A DNA stretch of 29,566 nucleotides from an uncultured Candidatus Peribacteria bacterium (GTDB taxonomy: Bacteria > Patescibacteriota > Gracilibacteria > UBA1369 > LOWO2-01-FULL-3): assembly GCA_964531125.1 (NCBI GenBank), contig CAZHDA010000002.1, positions 1-29,566 of the forward strand, given 5' to 3'. The notes under the pieces are model-generated. The model made no database searches, was not told the DNA's origin, and saw only the letters and a program-made list of their open reading frames with translations. The first letter of the stretch is position 1. Every line of letters starts with the position of its first letter. Below are positions 16,706 to 26,114 of the stretch, one piece after another. Position numbers and translations under genes: made by a program.

Positions 16706-17080
16706 TTATTTAGTGACTACCTTCTTGTTTGCAACAGTCTTTTTCTTTCCCTTTCTGGTGCGGGCGTTTTTTCTGGTGCGTTGGCCACGGACCGGAAGGC
16801 CCTTTTTGTGGCGGACACCGCGATAGCAACCTATTTCCTGCAGGCGCTTTATGTCCAGCTGGACGCGGCGACGCAGGTCACCTTCGTTTGGTATTTTTCC
16901 TATAATATCACGAAGGATTGTTTCTTCATTTTGTGAAAGGTCTTTAACCTTCTTGTTTTTGTCTATACGGGCCTCGTCAAGAATTTTCGCGCTTGTGTTT
17001 CGACCGATGCCATAAATGGCGGTCAAAGCAGCTTCAATTCGTTTTTCGTTGGGCAGATTTACTCCCGCGATACGCGTCAT
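16706..17080 (-). CDS. rpsM: 30S ribosomal protein S13
   Basis: [13 protein letters not shown] and [26 protein letters not shown]. Confidence 0.99.
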   Translation of the reverse strand: MTRIAGVNLPNEKRIEAALTAIYGIGRNTSAKILDEARIDKNKKVKDLSQNEETILRDIIGKIPNEGDLRRRVQLDIKRLQEIGCYRGVRHKKGLPVRGQRTRKNARTRKGKKKTVANKKVVTK

Positions 17081-17093
17081 ATTGCTAATTAAG

Positions 17094-17140
17094 TTTTAAG
17101 CAGTCAGTATTCTTGGGGGATGAATAATGACTGCTTAAAA
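17094..17140 (-). promoter_or_regulatory. Long stem-loop in the rpmJ-rpsM spacer
   Basis: Perfect 13-bp arms TTTTAAGCAGTCA (17094-17106) and TGACTGCTTAAAA (17128-17140), plus an inner 5-bp stem TATTC/GAATA and a 9-nt loop. There is no U-tract after the stem, and the function is unknown. Confidence 0.65.
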
Positions 17141-17145
17141 TCCAA

Positions 17146-17259
17146 CTAGCCCTGTCGTTGTTTGTGTTTTTTTGTTGAGCAGATCACTCGAATCACGCCT
17201 TTGCGGCGGATCAATTGGCATTTCTGGCAGATTTTTTTTACGGATGATCTAACTTTCAT
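17146..17259 (-). CDS. rpmJ: 50S ribosomal protein L36 (C+ form; absent from the ORF track)
   Basis: Manual translation: [37 protein letters not shown]. It has an ATGA overlap with the infA stop. Confidence 0.99.
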   Translation of the reverse strand: MKVRSSVKKICQKCQLIRRKGVIRVICSTKKHKQRQG

Positions 17260-17492
17260 GGTCTTTTTGGTTTGTCCAGGTGTCGATAAGTGATGCGGCC
17301 TTTTGTAAGATCGTATAGACTAAGCTCGATGGTCACCTTATCACCGGGTAGAATGCGGATGTAGTTCATGCGCATTTTTCCTGATAAATGAGCCTTAATT
17401 ATTCTCTTGTCCTCCAATTCAACTTTGAACTCGGTATTGGGCAGAGACTCGATCACAATTCCTTGGACTACGATAGGCTCTTCTTTTCCCAT
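17256..17492 (-). CDS. infA: Translation initiation factor IF-1
   Basis: [32 protein letters not shown] and [11 protein letters not shown]. Confidence 0.99.
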   Translation of the reverse strand: MGKEEPIVVQGIVIESLPNTEFKVELEDKRIIKAHLSGKMRMNYIRILPGDKVTIELSLYDLTKGRITYRHLDKPKRP

Positions 17493-17536
17493 GTATATGC
17501 CTTTTTTTAAGGGTTAGCCGTGTGAAAAGCGAGTGG

Positions 17537-17565
17537 ATTTTACATGAGAAGTTCTGTGTATGCAA
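17537..17565 (-). promoter_or_regulatory. Internal sigma70 promoter for infA-rpmJ-alpha operon
   Basis: TTGCAT (17565-17560), 17 nt ending in TG, TAAAAT (17542-17537), in the only long spacer (91 nt) of the superoperon. Confidence 0.75.
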
Positions 17566-17583
17566 GGGAAAATTGAGCAAAAA

Positions 17584-18342
17584 TCAGGCGGTCAATATTT
17601 CGCAGCCATTTTGGGTAACCAAAACCGTGTTTTCGACTTGTATGGCGCAGGAACCGTCGGTCGTTTGAATAGTCCAGTGGTCGGAGAGGGTTTTGATTTT
17701 TGAGCTGGAGATCGAGAAAATCGGCTCGATGGCGATGGTCATGCCGGCTTTGAGCACAGGGCCGGGGGAGCCGTCGTAATAATTTAAAATAGTGGGTTCT
17801 TCATGAAGCGAGCGGCCGAGGCCGTGCCCGGTGAGGTCGTAGATGACTTTGAAGCCGGCGCGTTCGATGGTGTCCTGGATGGCACGGCCGAGGGCGCCGA
17901 CATGGAGACCTTCGTGAACCATGGAAATTGCTTTTTCCAAAGCCATGTTTGCTGTTTTGATCAGGCGTTGTTTTTGATTATCCACTTGTCCTATCGGTAA
18001 ACTGCGGGCGGCATCCGTGTAAAAACCTTTGTATAAGACTCCGCAATCGATGGTGAGCAGGTCGCCTTCTTTTAAAATCTCGTCTTTTCTAGGGATTCCG
18101 TGGACGACGACTTCGTTTATGGCTGTGCAGAGAGTTGCTGGAAATCCGTGATAACCTTTGAAAGCGGGCTTGGCTCCGCGGTCGCGGATGAATTTTTCAG
18201 CAAAATCATCCAGTTCTTTTGTGGAAACACCTGCTTTTGCAAGCTTTGAAGTTTCGGCTAAAACATCGGCCAAAATCTTTCCGCCGAAGCGCATAATTTC
18301 TATTTCTTCGGGAGTCTTTATTGAAATTTCAGATGATTTCAT
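17584..18342 (-). CDS. map: Methionine aminopeptidase type I
   Basis: FPATLCTAINEVVVHGIP, IDCG...DAAR, TGHGLG..LHEEP, AIEP and QVENTV. Confidence 0.99.
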   Translation of the reverse strand: MKSSEISIKTPEEIEIMRFGGKILADVLAETSKLAKAGVSTKELDDFAEKFIRDRGAKPAFKGYHGFPATLCTAINEVVVHGIPRKDEILKEGDLLTIDCGVLYKGFYTDAARSLPIGQVDNQKQRLIKTANMALEKAISMVHEGLHVGALGRAIQDTIERAGFKVIYDLTGHGLGRSLHEEPTILNYYDGSPGPVLKAGMTIAIEPIFSISSSKIKTLSDHWTIQTTDGSCAIQVENTVLVTQNGCEILTA

Positions 18343-18971
18343 GCCTTCATTATCGGGTCTAGAGCCTGAAAAGCAAGTTTTTGAACTTCTTCGATGTGTG
18401 GTTCACCGTCGATCGTGATCATTCCATTCCTATAAAGTTCCATAGCCGGAAGTGTTTCTTTTTCAAAAGCTTCGAGGCGGGTTTTGATGGCTTCAGGATT
18501 GTCATCTGAGCGGGTGATGAGTTCGCCTCCGCAGGTGCATTTTTCACCTTTGTAATCCGCAGGAAAAACTGTTTTGCAGACCTTGCAGACGCGGCGCGTG
18601 GTGAGACGCATGAGGGCTGTTTCTTTTTTAATATTCAAAAGGACAGCTTTGTATACGCGATTGCTTTTTGAAAGAAGAGCATTCAAAGAGTTTGCCTGCT
18701 CAAGTTGGCGGGGGATACCGTCGAAGAGAACATTCGTATTTGGTGCGAGGTGGTTGATAAAATTTTCCACGATTTCCATGACCACTTCGTTTGAAACGAG
18801 ATGGCCGGCTTCGATAATGGATTTTACTTTGCGACCGAGATCGGAATCTTCAGAGGAAAGTTTGCGGAGTTCGCCGCCGGTTTCAAAAATTTGCATGCCG
18901 TAACGCGCGGCTACGGATTTGCCGAGAGTGCCTTTGCCGGAGCCCTGCATGCCAAAAAAAATGAGGTCCAT
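18339..18971 (-). CDS. adk: Adenylate kinase with a short Cys-containing LID
   Basis: P-loop GMQGSGKGT, GGELR, GHLVS, LFDGIPR, RRVCKVC...CTCG and RSDD; located between secY and map. Confidence 0.97.
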   Translation of the reverse strand: MDLIFFGMQGSGKGTLGKSVAARYGMQIFETGGELRKLSSEDSDLGRKVKSIIEAGHLVSNEVVMEIVENFINHLAPNTNVLFDGIPRQLEQANSLNALLSKSNRVYKAVLLNIKKETALMRLTTRRVCKVCKTVFPADYKGEKCTCGGELITRSDDNPEAIKTRLEAFEKETLPAMELYRNGMITIDGEPHIEEVQKLAFQALDPIMKA

Positions 18972-18972
18972 T

Positions 18973-20271
18973 TTAGTAGAACTTGTTGTAGTCGTGCATC
19001 ACAAGCTGGGCGTTGACCTGGTTTATGAGGTCGATGACTACGCCGACGATGATGATGATACCGGCGCCGGAAATAAGCAGAGGGACGGCACCGACGGCGC
19101 TGACGGTGAAGAAAAATTGAAGCATGAGTGGAAGAACTGCGATGAAACCCATGAAGAGGGCGCCGAACAAAGTGAGGCGCGTAGAGATCTCGTGGAGATA
19201 CTCGGAGGTTTGTTTTCCCGGACGGATGCCAGGAACATAGCCACCGCGTTTTTGAATATTGTCAGCCACTTCTTCCGGTTGGAATGTGATCGAGACATAG
19301 AAGAAAGTGAAGGCAATGATTAATAAAAAGTAGGTGACCAGATAAAAAGTCGTGTTTGGTTGGAAAAGCGCTGTCATTTTGACTGCGAGATCGCGGAGCC
19401 ATGTGGAAGTGGCGTTTTGCAGGAATTGCGCGATAATGCCCGGGAAATTGACGAGGGCCGCGGCGAAAATGATCGGGATCATGCCGGCCTGATTGATGCG
19501 GATTGGAAGAAAGGATTGGTCGTTTTTGCTGCGAATGCCGCGGCCCGCATAAGTTATTGGGACGCGACGATGGCCTTCGTTAATCAATATTACTATTGTT
19601 ATGAGAACGATGGTCAATATCGTGACGATAACAAAAGGAATCATTTTGCTTTCATCCTGATTTACCAAGAATAACGATTGTCCGACAATCTGCGGAATAT
19701 TTGAGATAATACTTGCAAAAATGAGGAGGGAAATTCCGTTTCCTATGCCTCTTTCGGAGATTTGTTCGCCGAGCCAGACAAGTAGTAGTGTGCCTGCAGT
19801 GATCGTGAGCATTATCGGTAGTATCACCGTTGCGCTGCCGATATTATCCACGATAGGAATTTGCGATTGCGAATTCAAAAGCAGTATCATTCCGTAAGAT
19901 TGTAAAAAGGCTAGTGGCAGAGTGAGCCAGCGAGTATAGGAATTTAGCTTGCGTCGGCCTTGTTCACCTTCTTTTGATAGCGATTCAAGTTTTGGGACGA
20001 TTACTGTCAAAAGCTGAATAATAACCGAAGCATTGATGTAAGGGGATATTCCCATCAGAACGATCGAAAAATTTTCCGTACTGCCTCCCGTTAAAAGACT
20101 AAATATTTGCAAAAGCTGACTCTGATTCGATGCCGCTACAAGAGCTTCTGAGTTTGCTCCCGGTACAGTGACATGGGCCAGCAGTCGGTAGATTACGATA
20201 ATACCCAGCGTAAAGAGGATCTTTTTGCGCAGGTCCTTCGAGTTCCAGATCTGTGCAAGATATTTAAACAT
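18973..20271 (-). CDS. secY: Preprotein translocase subunit SecY
   Basis: FSIVLMGISPYINASVIIQLL, GIGNGISLLI, NQAGMIPIIFA and GGYVPGIRPGK. Confidence 0.99.
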   Translation of the reverse strand: MFKYLAQIWNSKDLRKKILFTLGIIVIYRLLAHVTVPGANSEALVAASNQSQLLQIFSLLTGGSTENFSIVLMGISPYINASVIIQLLTVIVPKLESLSKEGEQGRRKLNSYTRWLTLPLAFLQSYGMILLLNSQSQIPIVDNIGSATVILPIMLTITAGTLLLVWLGEQISERGIGNGISLLIFASIISNIPQIVGQSLFLVNQDESKMIPFVIVTILTIVLITIVILINEGHRRVPITYAGRGIRSKNDQSFLPIRINQAGMIPIIFAAALVNFPGIIAQFLQNATSTWLRDLAVKMTALFQPNTTFYLVTYFLLIIAFTFFYVSITFQPEEVADNIQKRGGYVPGIRPGKQTSEYLHEISTRLTLFGALFMGFIAVLPLMLQFFFTVSAVGAVPLLISGAGIIIIVGVVIDLINQVNAQLVMHDYNKFY

Positions 20272-20272
20272 T

Positions 20273-20719
20273 TTAGATGAGGTTTACTTTTCCTTTTTTA
20301 GATTCGACTTTGGTGACAGCGCTCTTACTGGCTTTGTTTACGGTGATGTTCAATGATTTCGTAAGTTCTCCGTCGCCGAGCAATTTTACCGGTACGGTCT
20401 TTTTACTTACCAAACCTTTGGCTTTCAATGTTTCCAAATTTACCTCGCCATTATCGTCGAAGACGTTTAAATCGCCAACATTAACGACTTGATAAGTGAT
20501 TTGATTTGGGTTCTTGAAACCATGCAGTTTTGGCATTTTTCGGAAAAATGGAGTCTGACCTCCTGCGAATCCCGGTCGACGAGTGCCTCCGGTGCGCGCT
20601 GTTTGACCTTTTCCTCCACGAGTCGAGAAGGTTCCGTGTCCGGAAGCGTTTCCACGACCAACGGTTTTTCTAAGTTTGTGGCTACGGCCCGCTTTGCTTT
20701 TTAGATTGTGTAGAGACAT
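20273..20719 (-). CDS. rplO: 50S ribosomal protein L15
   Basis: VGRGNASGHG..STRGGKGQTAR, GFAGGQTP and VKLLGDG. Confidence 0.99.
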   Translation of the reverse strand: MSLHNLKSKAGRSHKLRKTVGRGNASGHGTFSTRGGKGQTARTGGTRRPGFAGGQTPFFRKMPKLHGFKNPNQITYQVVNVGDLNVFDDNGEVNLETLKAKGLVSKKTVPVKLLGDGELTKSLNITVNKASKSAVTKVESKKGKVNLI

Positions 20720-20721
20720 AA

Positions 20722-21303
20722 TTATTTCTTAGGTTGATTTTCCTTTTCTTCTTTTTGAACCGGTTTGGAAGCCGGCTTTGATTCTTTGGTCTTTATAAGA
20801 GCCGCTGCTTTTCTGACCATAAACGGTGTTTCTCGCAGAGCTCTCAAGGCTTCAAAGGCGCCTTTTGTGTTGTTTACTTTATTGCTGGTGCCGAGTGATT
20901 TACTCAAAACATCTTTTACTCCGACCAATTCCAAAACTTTTCGTATACTTGAGCCTGCTATAAGACCTGTACCAGGAGCCGCAGGAATCAATAAAACGCG
21001 GGATGATTTGTATTTGATTCGAACATCGTGGGGGATAGTTGTTCCATCCAATTTGATCGTTAATAGATTCTTTTTAGCTTTGGCTATAGCCTTTTGAATG
21101 GCACCGGTAACCTCGTTTGATTTTCCGATACCCATTCCGACTTTGCCTTTTCTATTTCCTATCACGACTGTAGCGCGGAAGCGCATTTTGCGTCCTCCTT
21201 TTACAACTTTAGTGACACGATCAATTTCGATTACTTCCTCTTCGAATTCTTTCGCCTCTCTCTTCTGAATGAATTTTCCCCTCCCGGGGCCACCTCTTTG
21301 CAT
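20722..21303 (-). CDS. rpsE: 30S ribosomal protein S5
   Basis: RVTKVVKGGRKMRF, VVIGNRKG and PAAPGTGLIAG. It sits 2 nt from rplO, so there is no rpmD between them. Confidence 0.99.
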   Translation of the reverse strand: MQRGGPGRGKFIQKREAKEFEEEVIEIDRVTKVVKGGRKMRFRATVVIGNRKGKVGMGIGKSNEVTGAIQKAIAKAKKNLLTIKLDGTTIPHDVRIKYKSSRVLLIPAAPGTGLIAGSSIRKVLELVGVKDVLSKSLGTSNKVNNTKGAFEALRALRETPFMVRKAAALIKTKESKPASKPVQKEEKENQPKK

Positions 21304-21321
21304 AATAAATTATTTAATTTT

Positions 21322-21669
21322 TTAAAATTTTAATCCGCCTTCGCGGGCGCCTTCGGCTACCGCTTTTACACGACCGTGATATTGATATCCGTTTCGATCG
21401 AAAACAACAGCTTCCACTTTGTTTTCTTTTGCCTTTGCGGCAACATCGATTCCAACCTGCTTTGCTCTTTCGCTTTTATTTCCTTTCTTTGTCTTTACAT
21501 CCGAAGCGCTGGCGATAACTTTATTTTTTTCATCGTCAATTACTTGAGCGTATGTATATTTTAAGCTTCGAAACACTATCAATCGCGGACGGGCGGAAGT
21601 GCCCTGAACTTTTGCGCGAATTCTTCGATGACGGATCTGTCTTGCTACTTTTTTAGTTGGTTTTTTCAT
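21322..21669 (-). CDS. rplR: 50S ribosomal protein L18
   Basis: RPRLIVFRS, YAQVIDD and VVFDRNGYQYHGRVKAVAEGAREGGL. Confidence 0.99.
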   Translation of the reverse strand: MKKPTKKVARQIRHRRIRAKVQGTSARPRLIVFRSLKYTYAQVIDDEKNKVIASASDVKTKKGNKSERAKQVGIDVAAKAKENKVEAVVFDRNGYQYHGRVKAVAEGAREGGLKF

Positions 21670-21681
21670 AATGGATTAAAA

Positions 21682-22245
21682 TTATTTTGCTCCACCGCCT
21701 GTTGACGCGGCTGTCTTACCGGCTTTCTTTGGTACATATTCACCTTGGTAGCGAATACCTTTTCCTTTGTATGGTTCAGGTTTTCGGAATGATCGAATTT
21801 TTGCGGCCACTTCTCCAAGCATTTCGTTGTCGATACCTGTAATGGTGATAATGTTTTTTTCGTCAGGATTCATTTTGAATTCGATTCCTTCCGGAGCCTT
21901 GTATTCTACAGGATGTGAAAAACCCAAGGTCATGTTTATTTTGTTGCCGGAGGCCTGGGCGCGATAACCGACTCCGATGATTTCCAATTTTTTCACGAAA
22001 CCTTTTGTTACGCCGGTGATCATGTTTACAGTCAGATTGCGATACAATCCATGCAGGGCTCTGGACTTGTTGTCGTTGCCCTTGCGTGCAAATGTTACTT
22101 TGTTGTCTTCAACTTTGCAGTCGATTTCAGGGCGAATCGCTTTTTTCAGTTCGCCTTTCGGTCCTTTTACCGTGATCATGCCGTCGGCTACGGTTACGGT
22201 TACTCCGCTTGGAATTTGTACTGGTTGTTTACCTATTCGAGACAT
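21682..22245 (-). CDS. rplF: 50S ribosomal protein L6
   Basis: MSRIGKQP, VKGPKGEL, GVGYRA and RKPEPYKGKGIRY. Confidence 0.99.
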   Translation of the reverse strand: MSRIGKQPVQIPSGVTVTVADGMITVKGPKGELKKAIRPEIDCKVEDNKVTFARKGNDNKSRALHGLYRNLTVNMITGVTKGFVKKLEIIGVGYRAQASGNKINMTLGFSHPVEYKAPEGIEFKMNPDEKNIITITGIDNEMLGEVAAKIRSFRKPEPYKGKGIRYQGEYVPKKAGKTAASTGGGAK

Positions 22246-22263
22246 TGTAATTGAGTTGATTGA

Positions 22264-22647
22264 TTAAAATACTTCGCAGATCAGTTCGCCGCCGAGTTTT
22301 TGTTTCCTGGCTTCGAGTCCGGACATCACACCTTTTGAGGTGGAGATCACAGTGATACCAAGGCCGCTTTTTATAGGTCGGAGGTCGCTGAATTTTACAT
22401 AGATGCGTTGGCCTGGTTTGCTGACGCGTCTGATAGAAAGATTAGGACGGTCTTCTTTCAAAGTGATACGGATGTCTTTCTTTGCGCCTTCGCCTTCAAC
22501 TTCGTAATTTTCAATAAAACCTTTCTCTTTAAGAACTTTCAAAATGTTTTCCTTTAAATTGGAATGGCCGATCGTCACCTCTTCGTGGTTGGCTATTCCG
22601 GCGTTGCGGATTCTTGTCAGTAAGTCAGCTATTGGATCTGTGAACAT
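22264..22647 (-). CDS. rpsH: 30S ribosomal protein S8
   Basis: TDPIADLLTRIRNA, RVSKPGQRIY and ISTSKGVM. Confidence 0.99.
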   Translation of the reverse strand: MFTDPIADLLTRIRNAGIANHEEVTIGHSNLKENILKVLKEKGFIENYEVEGEGAKKDIRITLKEDRPNLSIRRVSKPGQRIYVKFSDLRPIKSGLGITVISTSKGVMSGLEARKQKLGGELICEVF

Positions 22648-22670
22648 AATAATTGATTATTCTTTTTAAA

Positions 22671-22895
22671 TTACCAGGATGATTTTTTTACTCCCATGAT
22701 TTTGCCCTGGCTGGCCAGCTCGCGGAAACAGATACCGCAGATATCGAAACGGCGCATAAAGCGATGAATACGACCACATTGCGTGCAACGATGATACAGA
22801 CGCGTGGACTTCGTGATCTTTTTGCCAGCGGCGTATTCTTTGTTCGCACGGGCGCGCATCTTTGCGAGTTTGATTTTTAGTGCTTTTCGAGCCAT
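22671..22895 (-). CDS. rpsN: 30S ribosomal protein S14 (four-Cys form, 74 aa)
   Basis: RCTQCGR...[10 protein letters not shown]...GVKKSSW; located between rplE and rpsH. Confidence 0.98.
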   Translation of the reverse strand: MARKALKIKLAKMRARANKEYAAGKKITKSTRLYHRCTQCGRIHRFMRRFDICGICFRELASQGKIMGVKKSSW

Positions 22896-22908
22896 TTGAT
22901 AAGATAAG

Positions 22909-23457
22909 TTATTTTATTGGGAATCCCACTGCCTTCAATAAAGCGAGGCCTTGCTCGCGATTTTTGGCGGTGGTGGTGATACAAACCTGAAGTCCATGGA
23001 TCTTGCTGATTTCGTCCGGACTGATTTCCGGGAAAACAACATGCTCCTTGAAACCGATTGAGAAATTGCCGTTTTTGTCCACGCTTTTAGCTGAAAGTCC
23101 ACGGAAGTCGCGAACGCGCGGGAATACGATATTTACCAGTTTATTCAAAAAATCATACATTCTTGTTCCGCGGACGGTTACCATGGTTCCAACAACTTCG
23201 TTCTGGCGGAGTTTGAAATTTGAAATCGCTTTTTTTGCTTTTGTGACGACGGCTTTTTGTCCGCTGATCTTGTTTAAATTTTCAACGATGTTTGAATAAT
23301 CTTTGTTGTGTGATTTGATATAGGTTCCCATTCCGACATTTAAAGTTATCTTGCTGAATCTTGGCACGGAACTGATGTTCTTTATGCCCAATTCTTTTTG
23401 CAGAGCCGGCAAAATTTCTTTGTGGAATCTGGTTTTTAGATCTACAGCTTTAGTCAT
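22909..23457 (-). CDS. rplE: 50S ribosomal protein L5
   Basis: [19 protein letters not shown] and PRVRDFRG. Confidence 0.99.
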   Translation of the reverse strand: MTKAVDLKTRFHKEILPALQKELGIKNISSVPRFSKITLNVGMGTYIKSHNKDYSNIVENLNKISGQKAVVTKAKKAISNFKLRQNEVVGTMVTVRGTRMYDFLNKLVNIVFPRVRDFRGLSAKSVDKNGNFSIGFKEHVVFPEISPDEISKIHGLQVCITTTAKNREQGLALLKAVGFPIK

Positions 23458-23459
23458 AA

Positions 23460-23786
23460 TTATTTAATTTTTCTGGATATATCTAGTGATTCTTTACATT
23501 TTTTGCAAATGCGGTCTTTCTTTCCGTTGGCCAATTTTTTATATCCGACACGGGCCAACTTTTTGCAATTTGGACAGACGATCATGACATTGGAGACATT
23601 GATCGGAGCTTCAAATTGAATTTTTTCTCCCGGTTTTGTCTGGGTCTTTTTGATGTGCTTTGTGCGGATATTCAGTTTCTCCACAATTACCGTGTTTTTC
23701 TTCACGGAAACTTTCATAACTTTCCCGGACTTTCCTTTGTCCTTGCCTGCTATTACCTGTACTTTGTCGTTAAGTTTAATTTTCAT
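23460..23786 (-). CDS. rplX: 50S ribosomal protein L24
   Basis: [12 protein letters not shown] (KOW) and EAPINVSNV; carries CPNC...CKKC. Confidence 0.99.
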   Translation of the reverse strand: MKIKLNDKVQVIAGKDKGKSGKVMKVSVKKNTVIVEKLNIRTKHIKKTQTKPGEKIQFEAPINVSNVMIVCPNCKKLARVGYKKLANGKKDRICKKCKESLDISRKIK

Positions 23787-24151
23787 AATACTTCTGGGGC
23801 TTGTGAAATAATTTTTTGGAAACCGCGTTCACGCAGTTCACGGGCGATTGGGCCGAAGACACGAGTGCCTTTTGGCATGCCGTCTTTATCGATGATGACC
23901 ACAGCGTTGTCGTCGAAACGAATTACTGTGCCGTCCGCACGCGGATAGTCACGAACCTGACGGACGATGACTGCGCGTTCAACTGATTTCTTTTTTACCA
24001 CGCCTTTTGGGCTGGCGTCTTTAATCGAGACAACGATGGTGTCTCCTATGTAGGAATATCGGCGGCTTGATCCACCAAGCACCTTGATGCATTGGGCGAT
24101 TTTCGCTCCGGTATTATCCGCTACATTTAACATTGTTCTTAACTGAATCAT
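23783..24151 (-). CDS. rplN: 50S ribosomal protein L14
   Basis: [18 protein letters not shown] and [13 protein letters not shown]. Confidence 0.99.
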   Translation of the reverse strand: MIQLRTMLNVADNTGAKIAQCIKVLGGSSRRYSYIGDTIVVSIKDASPKGVVKKKSVERAVIVRQVRDYPRADGTVIRFDDNAVVIIDKDGMPKGTRVFGPIARELRERGFQKIISQAPEVL

Positions 24152-24384
24152 GATTTGGTTGGTTTAACGATTGTCCATTTTTTCAGCTTGCTGATAGGGC
24201 GGGTCTCGTAGAATGTGATTTCGGCGCCAATTTCAAACTTCTGATTTTCGGGATTGTGGACATGATATTTTTTTGATACGCGGTAACGCTTCAGATATTT
24301 TGGATGATTCTTGTAGCTGTGCACAGTGACGATGATCGTCTTGTCTTGTTTTGTAGAGGTGATTATACCTTTTTTTGATCTCAT
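24148..24384 (-). CDS. rpsQ: 30S ribosomal protein S17
   Basis: [18 protein letters not shown] and ETRPISKLK. Confidence 0.98.
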   Translation of the reverse strand: MRSKKGIITSTKQDKTIIVTVHSYKNHPKYLKRYRVSKKYHVHNPENQKFEIGAEITFYETRPISKLKKWTIVKPTKS

Positions 24385-24593
24385 GATTGGACTGGATTAG
24401 ATGGCTGATTATGGATAACGGTTTTAATCTGAGCGATATATTTTTTGTAATTCTTTATCATGTGGGAATTTTTTGATTCACTGTTGCGAACCTTGAATTT
24501 TGTCTCGAACAGAGCTTTATAGGCGTTTTGCAATTCAGCTTCTAATTTGGCGGCTGACATTTTCTTTAATTCTACGAGTTCCAGTGTTTTCAT
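24381..24593 (-). CDS. rpmC: 50S ribosomal protein L29
   Basis: 70 aa between rplP and rpsQ, with ELKKMS..L..EL and IAQIKTV. Confidence 0.93.
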   Translation of the reverse strand: MKTLELVELKKMSAAKLEAELQNAYKALFETKFKVRNSESKNSHMIKNYKKYIAQIKTVIHNQPSNPVQS

Positions 24594-25009
24594 TTTTCAG
24601 TTGTGTTAACAAATCGGCATTTTACGGGAAGCTTGTAGGCTGAAAGCAACATAGCTTCTTTTGCATCTTTCGCAGGGATACCATCCATTTCAAACAGGAC
24701 GCGACCCGGACGGACCTGACAGACGAAGAATTCAGGGGCACCTTTACCGCTTCCCATCGGGACTTCGGACGCTTTTCTGGTGATCGGTTTGTGTGGAAAA
24801 ATATTTATCCAGATGCGGCCTCCGCGTTTGATGTAGCGGGTCAGGACACGACGGGCTGCTTCGATTTGACGGGAGGTTATTTCACCATCGGTAATTGCTT
24901 TTAAGCCATATTTACCGAAGCTGACGCGACTTCCACGCAGGTCCACACCCTTCCACTCGGAACGGTTTCTAAATTCTCGTCGATGTTTTTGCTTTTTTGG
25001 TTGTAACAT
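24590..25009 (-). CDS. rplP: 50S ribosomal protein L16
   Basis: [21 protein letters not shown] and MGSGKG. Confidence 0.99.
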   Translation of the reverse strand: MLQPKKQKHRREFRNRSEWKGVDLRGSRVSFGKYGLKAITDGEITSRQIEAARRVLTRYIKRGGRIWINIFPHKPITRKASEVPMGSGKGAPEFFVCQVRPGRVLFEMDGIPAKDAKEAMLLSAYKLPVKCRFVNTTEK

Positions 25010-25022
25010 AATTACTTAAATT

Positions 25023-25703
25023 TTAGGCCTGTTTGATTTCTTCTATTTCCTGTTGCATGCGGACATCCAAATCTTTTTTGAAGATTTCGCCGCGATAGAT
25101 CCAGACTTTAACGCCGATTTTGCCGTAAGTGGTGTTTGCCGCAGTGCAGCAGAAATCGATATCGGCTCGGAAAGTATGTAAAGGAATTTTTCCTTTGGAA
25201 AAGAATTCGCCTCGCGAGATTTCAACTCCGTTGAGACGGCCGCCGCAATAAATCTTTGCTCCGATGGCTCCGGCTTCAATGATTTTCTCGATGGCCATCT
25301 TTGACGCACGGCGATAGGAAATGCGTTTTTCGATCTGTCGGGCGATGGATTCGCCTACGATCTGAGCGTCCAGCATAGGTTTTTTCACTTCTTTAATGTT
25401 GATAGCGAAAGTTTCTTTGAATTGTTTCGTGAGTTCGTCTTTGAGCTTTTCGATGATTTCACCTCCACGCCCGATGATCAGACCCGGTTTGGAAGTATAG
25501 ATGTTTATAATAACTTTGCCCTGAGTTCGCATGATTTCGATTTTCGCCAAACCTTCCCGTTCGATCTTGGAATTTAGCATCTTTGTGATGGCCAGATCCT
25601 GATGGAACATCTTCTTATAATTGTGTTTGTCAGCATACCACTTGGAGTCCCAGTCGCGGATGATGCCGATGCGCATTAATTTTGGATTTACTTTCTGTCC
25701 CAT
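25023..25703 (-). CDS. rpsC: 30S ribosomal protein S3
   Basis: MGQKVNP..MRIG, KPGLIIGRGG, GRLNG..I.R and IPLHTFRADID. Confidence 0.99.
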   Translation of the reverse strand: MGQKVNPKLMRIGIIRDWDSKWYADKHNYKKMFHQDLAITKMLNSKIEREGLAKIEIMRTQGKVIINIYTSKPGLIIGRGGEIIEKLKDELTKQFKETFAINIKEVKKPMLDAQIVGESIARQIEKRISYRRASKMAIEKIIEAGAIGAKIYCGGRLNGVEISRGEFFSKGKIPLHTFRADIDFCCTAANTTYGKIGVKVWIYRGEIFKKDLDVRMQQEIEEIKQA

Positions 25704-25705
25704 GA

Positions 25706-26107
25706 TTATTTCTTAGTTTTTTTAGGTTTAACGGTAGTGGTTTCTACTTTTGCAGCTTTAGGGGCCGGAAGAGTCGCGGCTTCGTGCAAAGCCAGCTTTA
25801 CAGTGATGTGAGATGTGCGTTTCATGATCGGATGGCTGCGGCCACGCGATACCGGCATGGATCTCTTGTAAGTTGTTCCTTCGGTTACAATAATTTCTTT
25901 GATAAACAGGTCATTTACATTCTGTTTGAAATTGCTTTTTGCGTTTGCCATGGCTGATTCGATAACTTTTTTCAAAATCTTGGCACCGCGTTTTGGCGTG
26001 AATTTGAGAATCTGGACAGCTTCAACGGCTTTGTGATTGCGGGCCAATTCGGCTACGAGATTAGCTTTCTTTGGCGCGATTCTGATTTGTCTTAGTATTG
26101 CTTTCAT
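25706..26107 (-). CDS. rplV: 50S ribosomal protein L22 with C-terminal extension
   Basis: RIAPKKA, SAMANA, RGR...IMKRTSHITV. Confidence 0.99.
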   Translation of the reverse strand: MKAILRQIRIAPKKANLVAELARNHKAVEAVQILKFTPKRGAKILKKVIESAMANAKSNFKQNVNDLFIKEIIVTEGTTYKRSMPVSRGRSHPIMKRTSHITVKLALHEAATLPAPKAAKVETTTVKPKKTKK

Positions 26108-26114
26108 AATTTAA

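Noticed and set aside
17094-17140. Rho-independent terminator or IS/MITE end
   Set aside because: There is no U-tract after the stem on either strand, it lies mid-operon, and there is no transposase, target-site duplication or second copy in the window.
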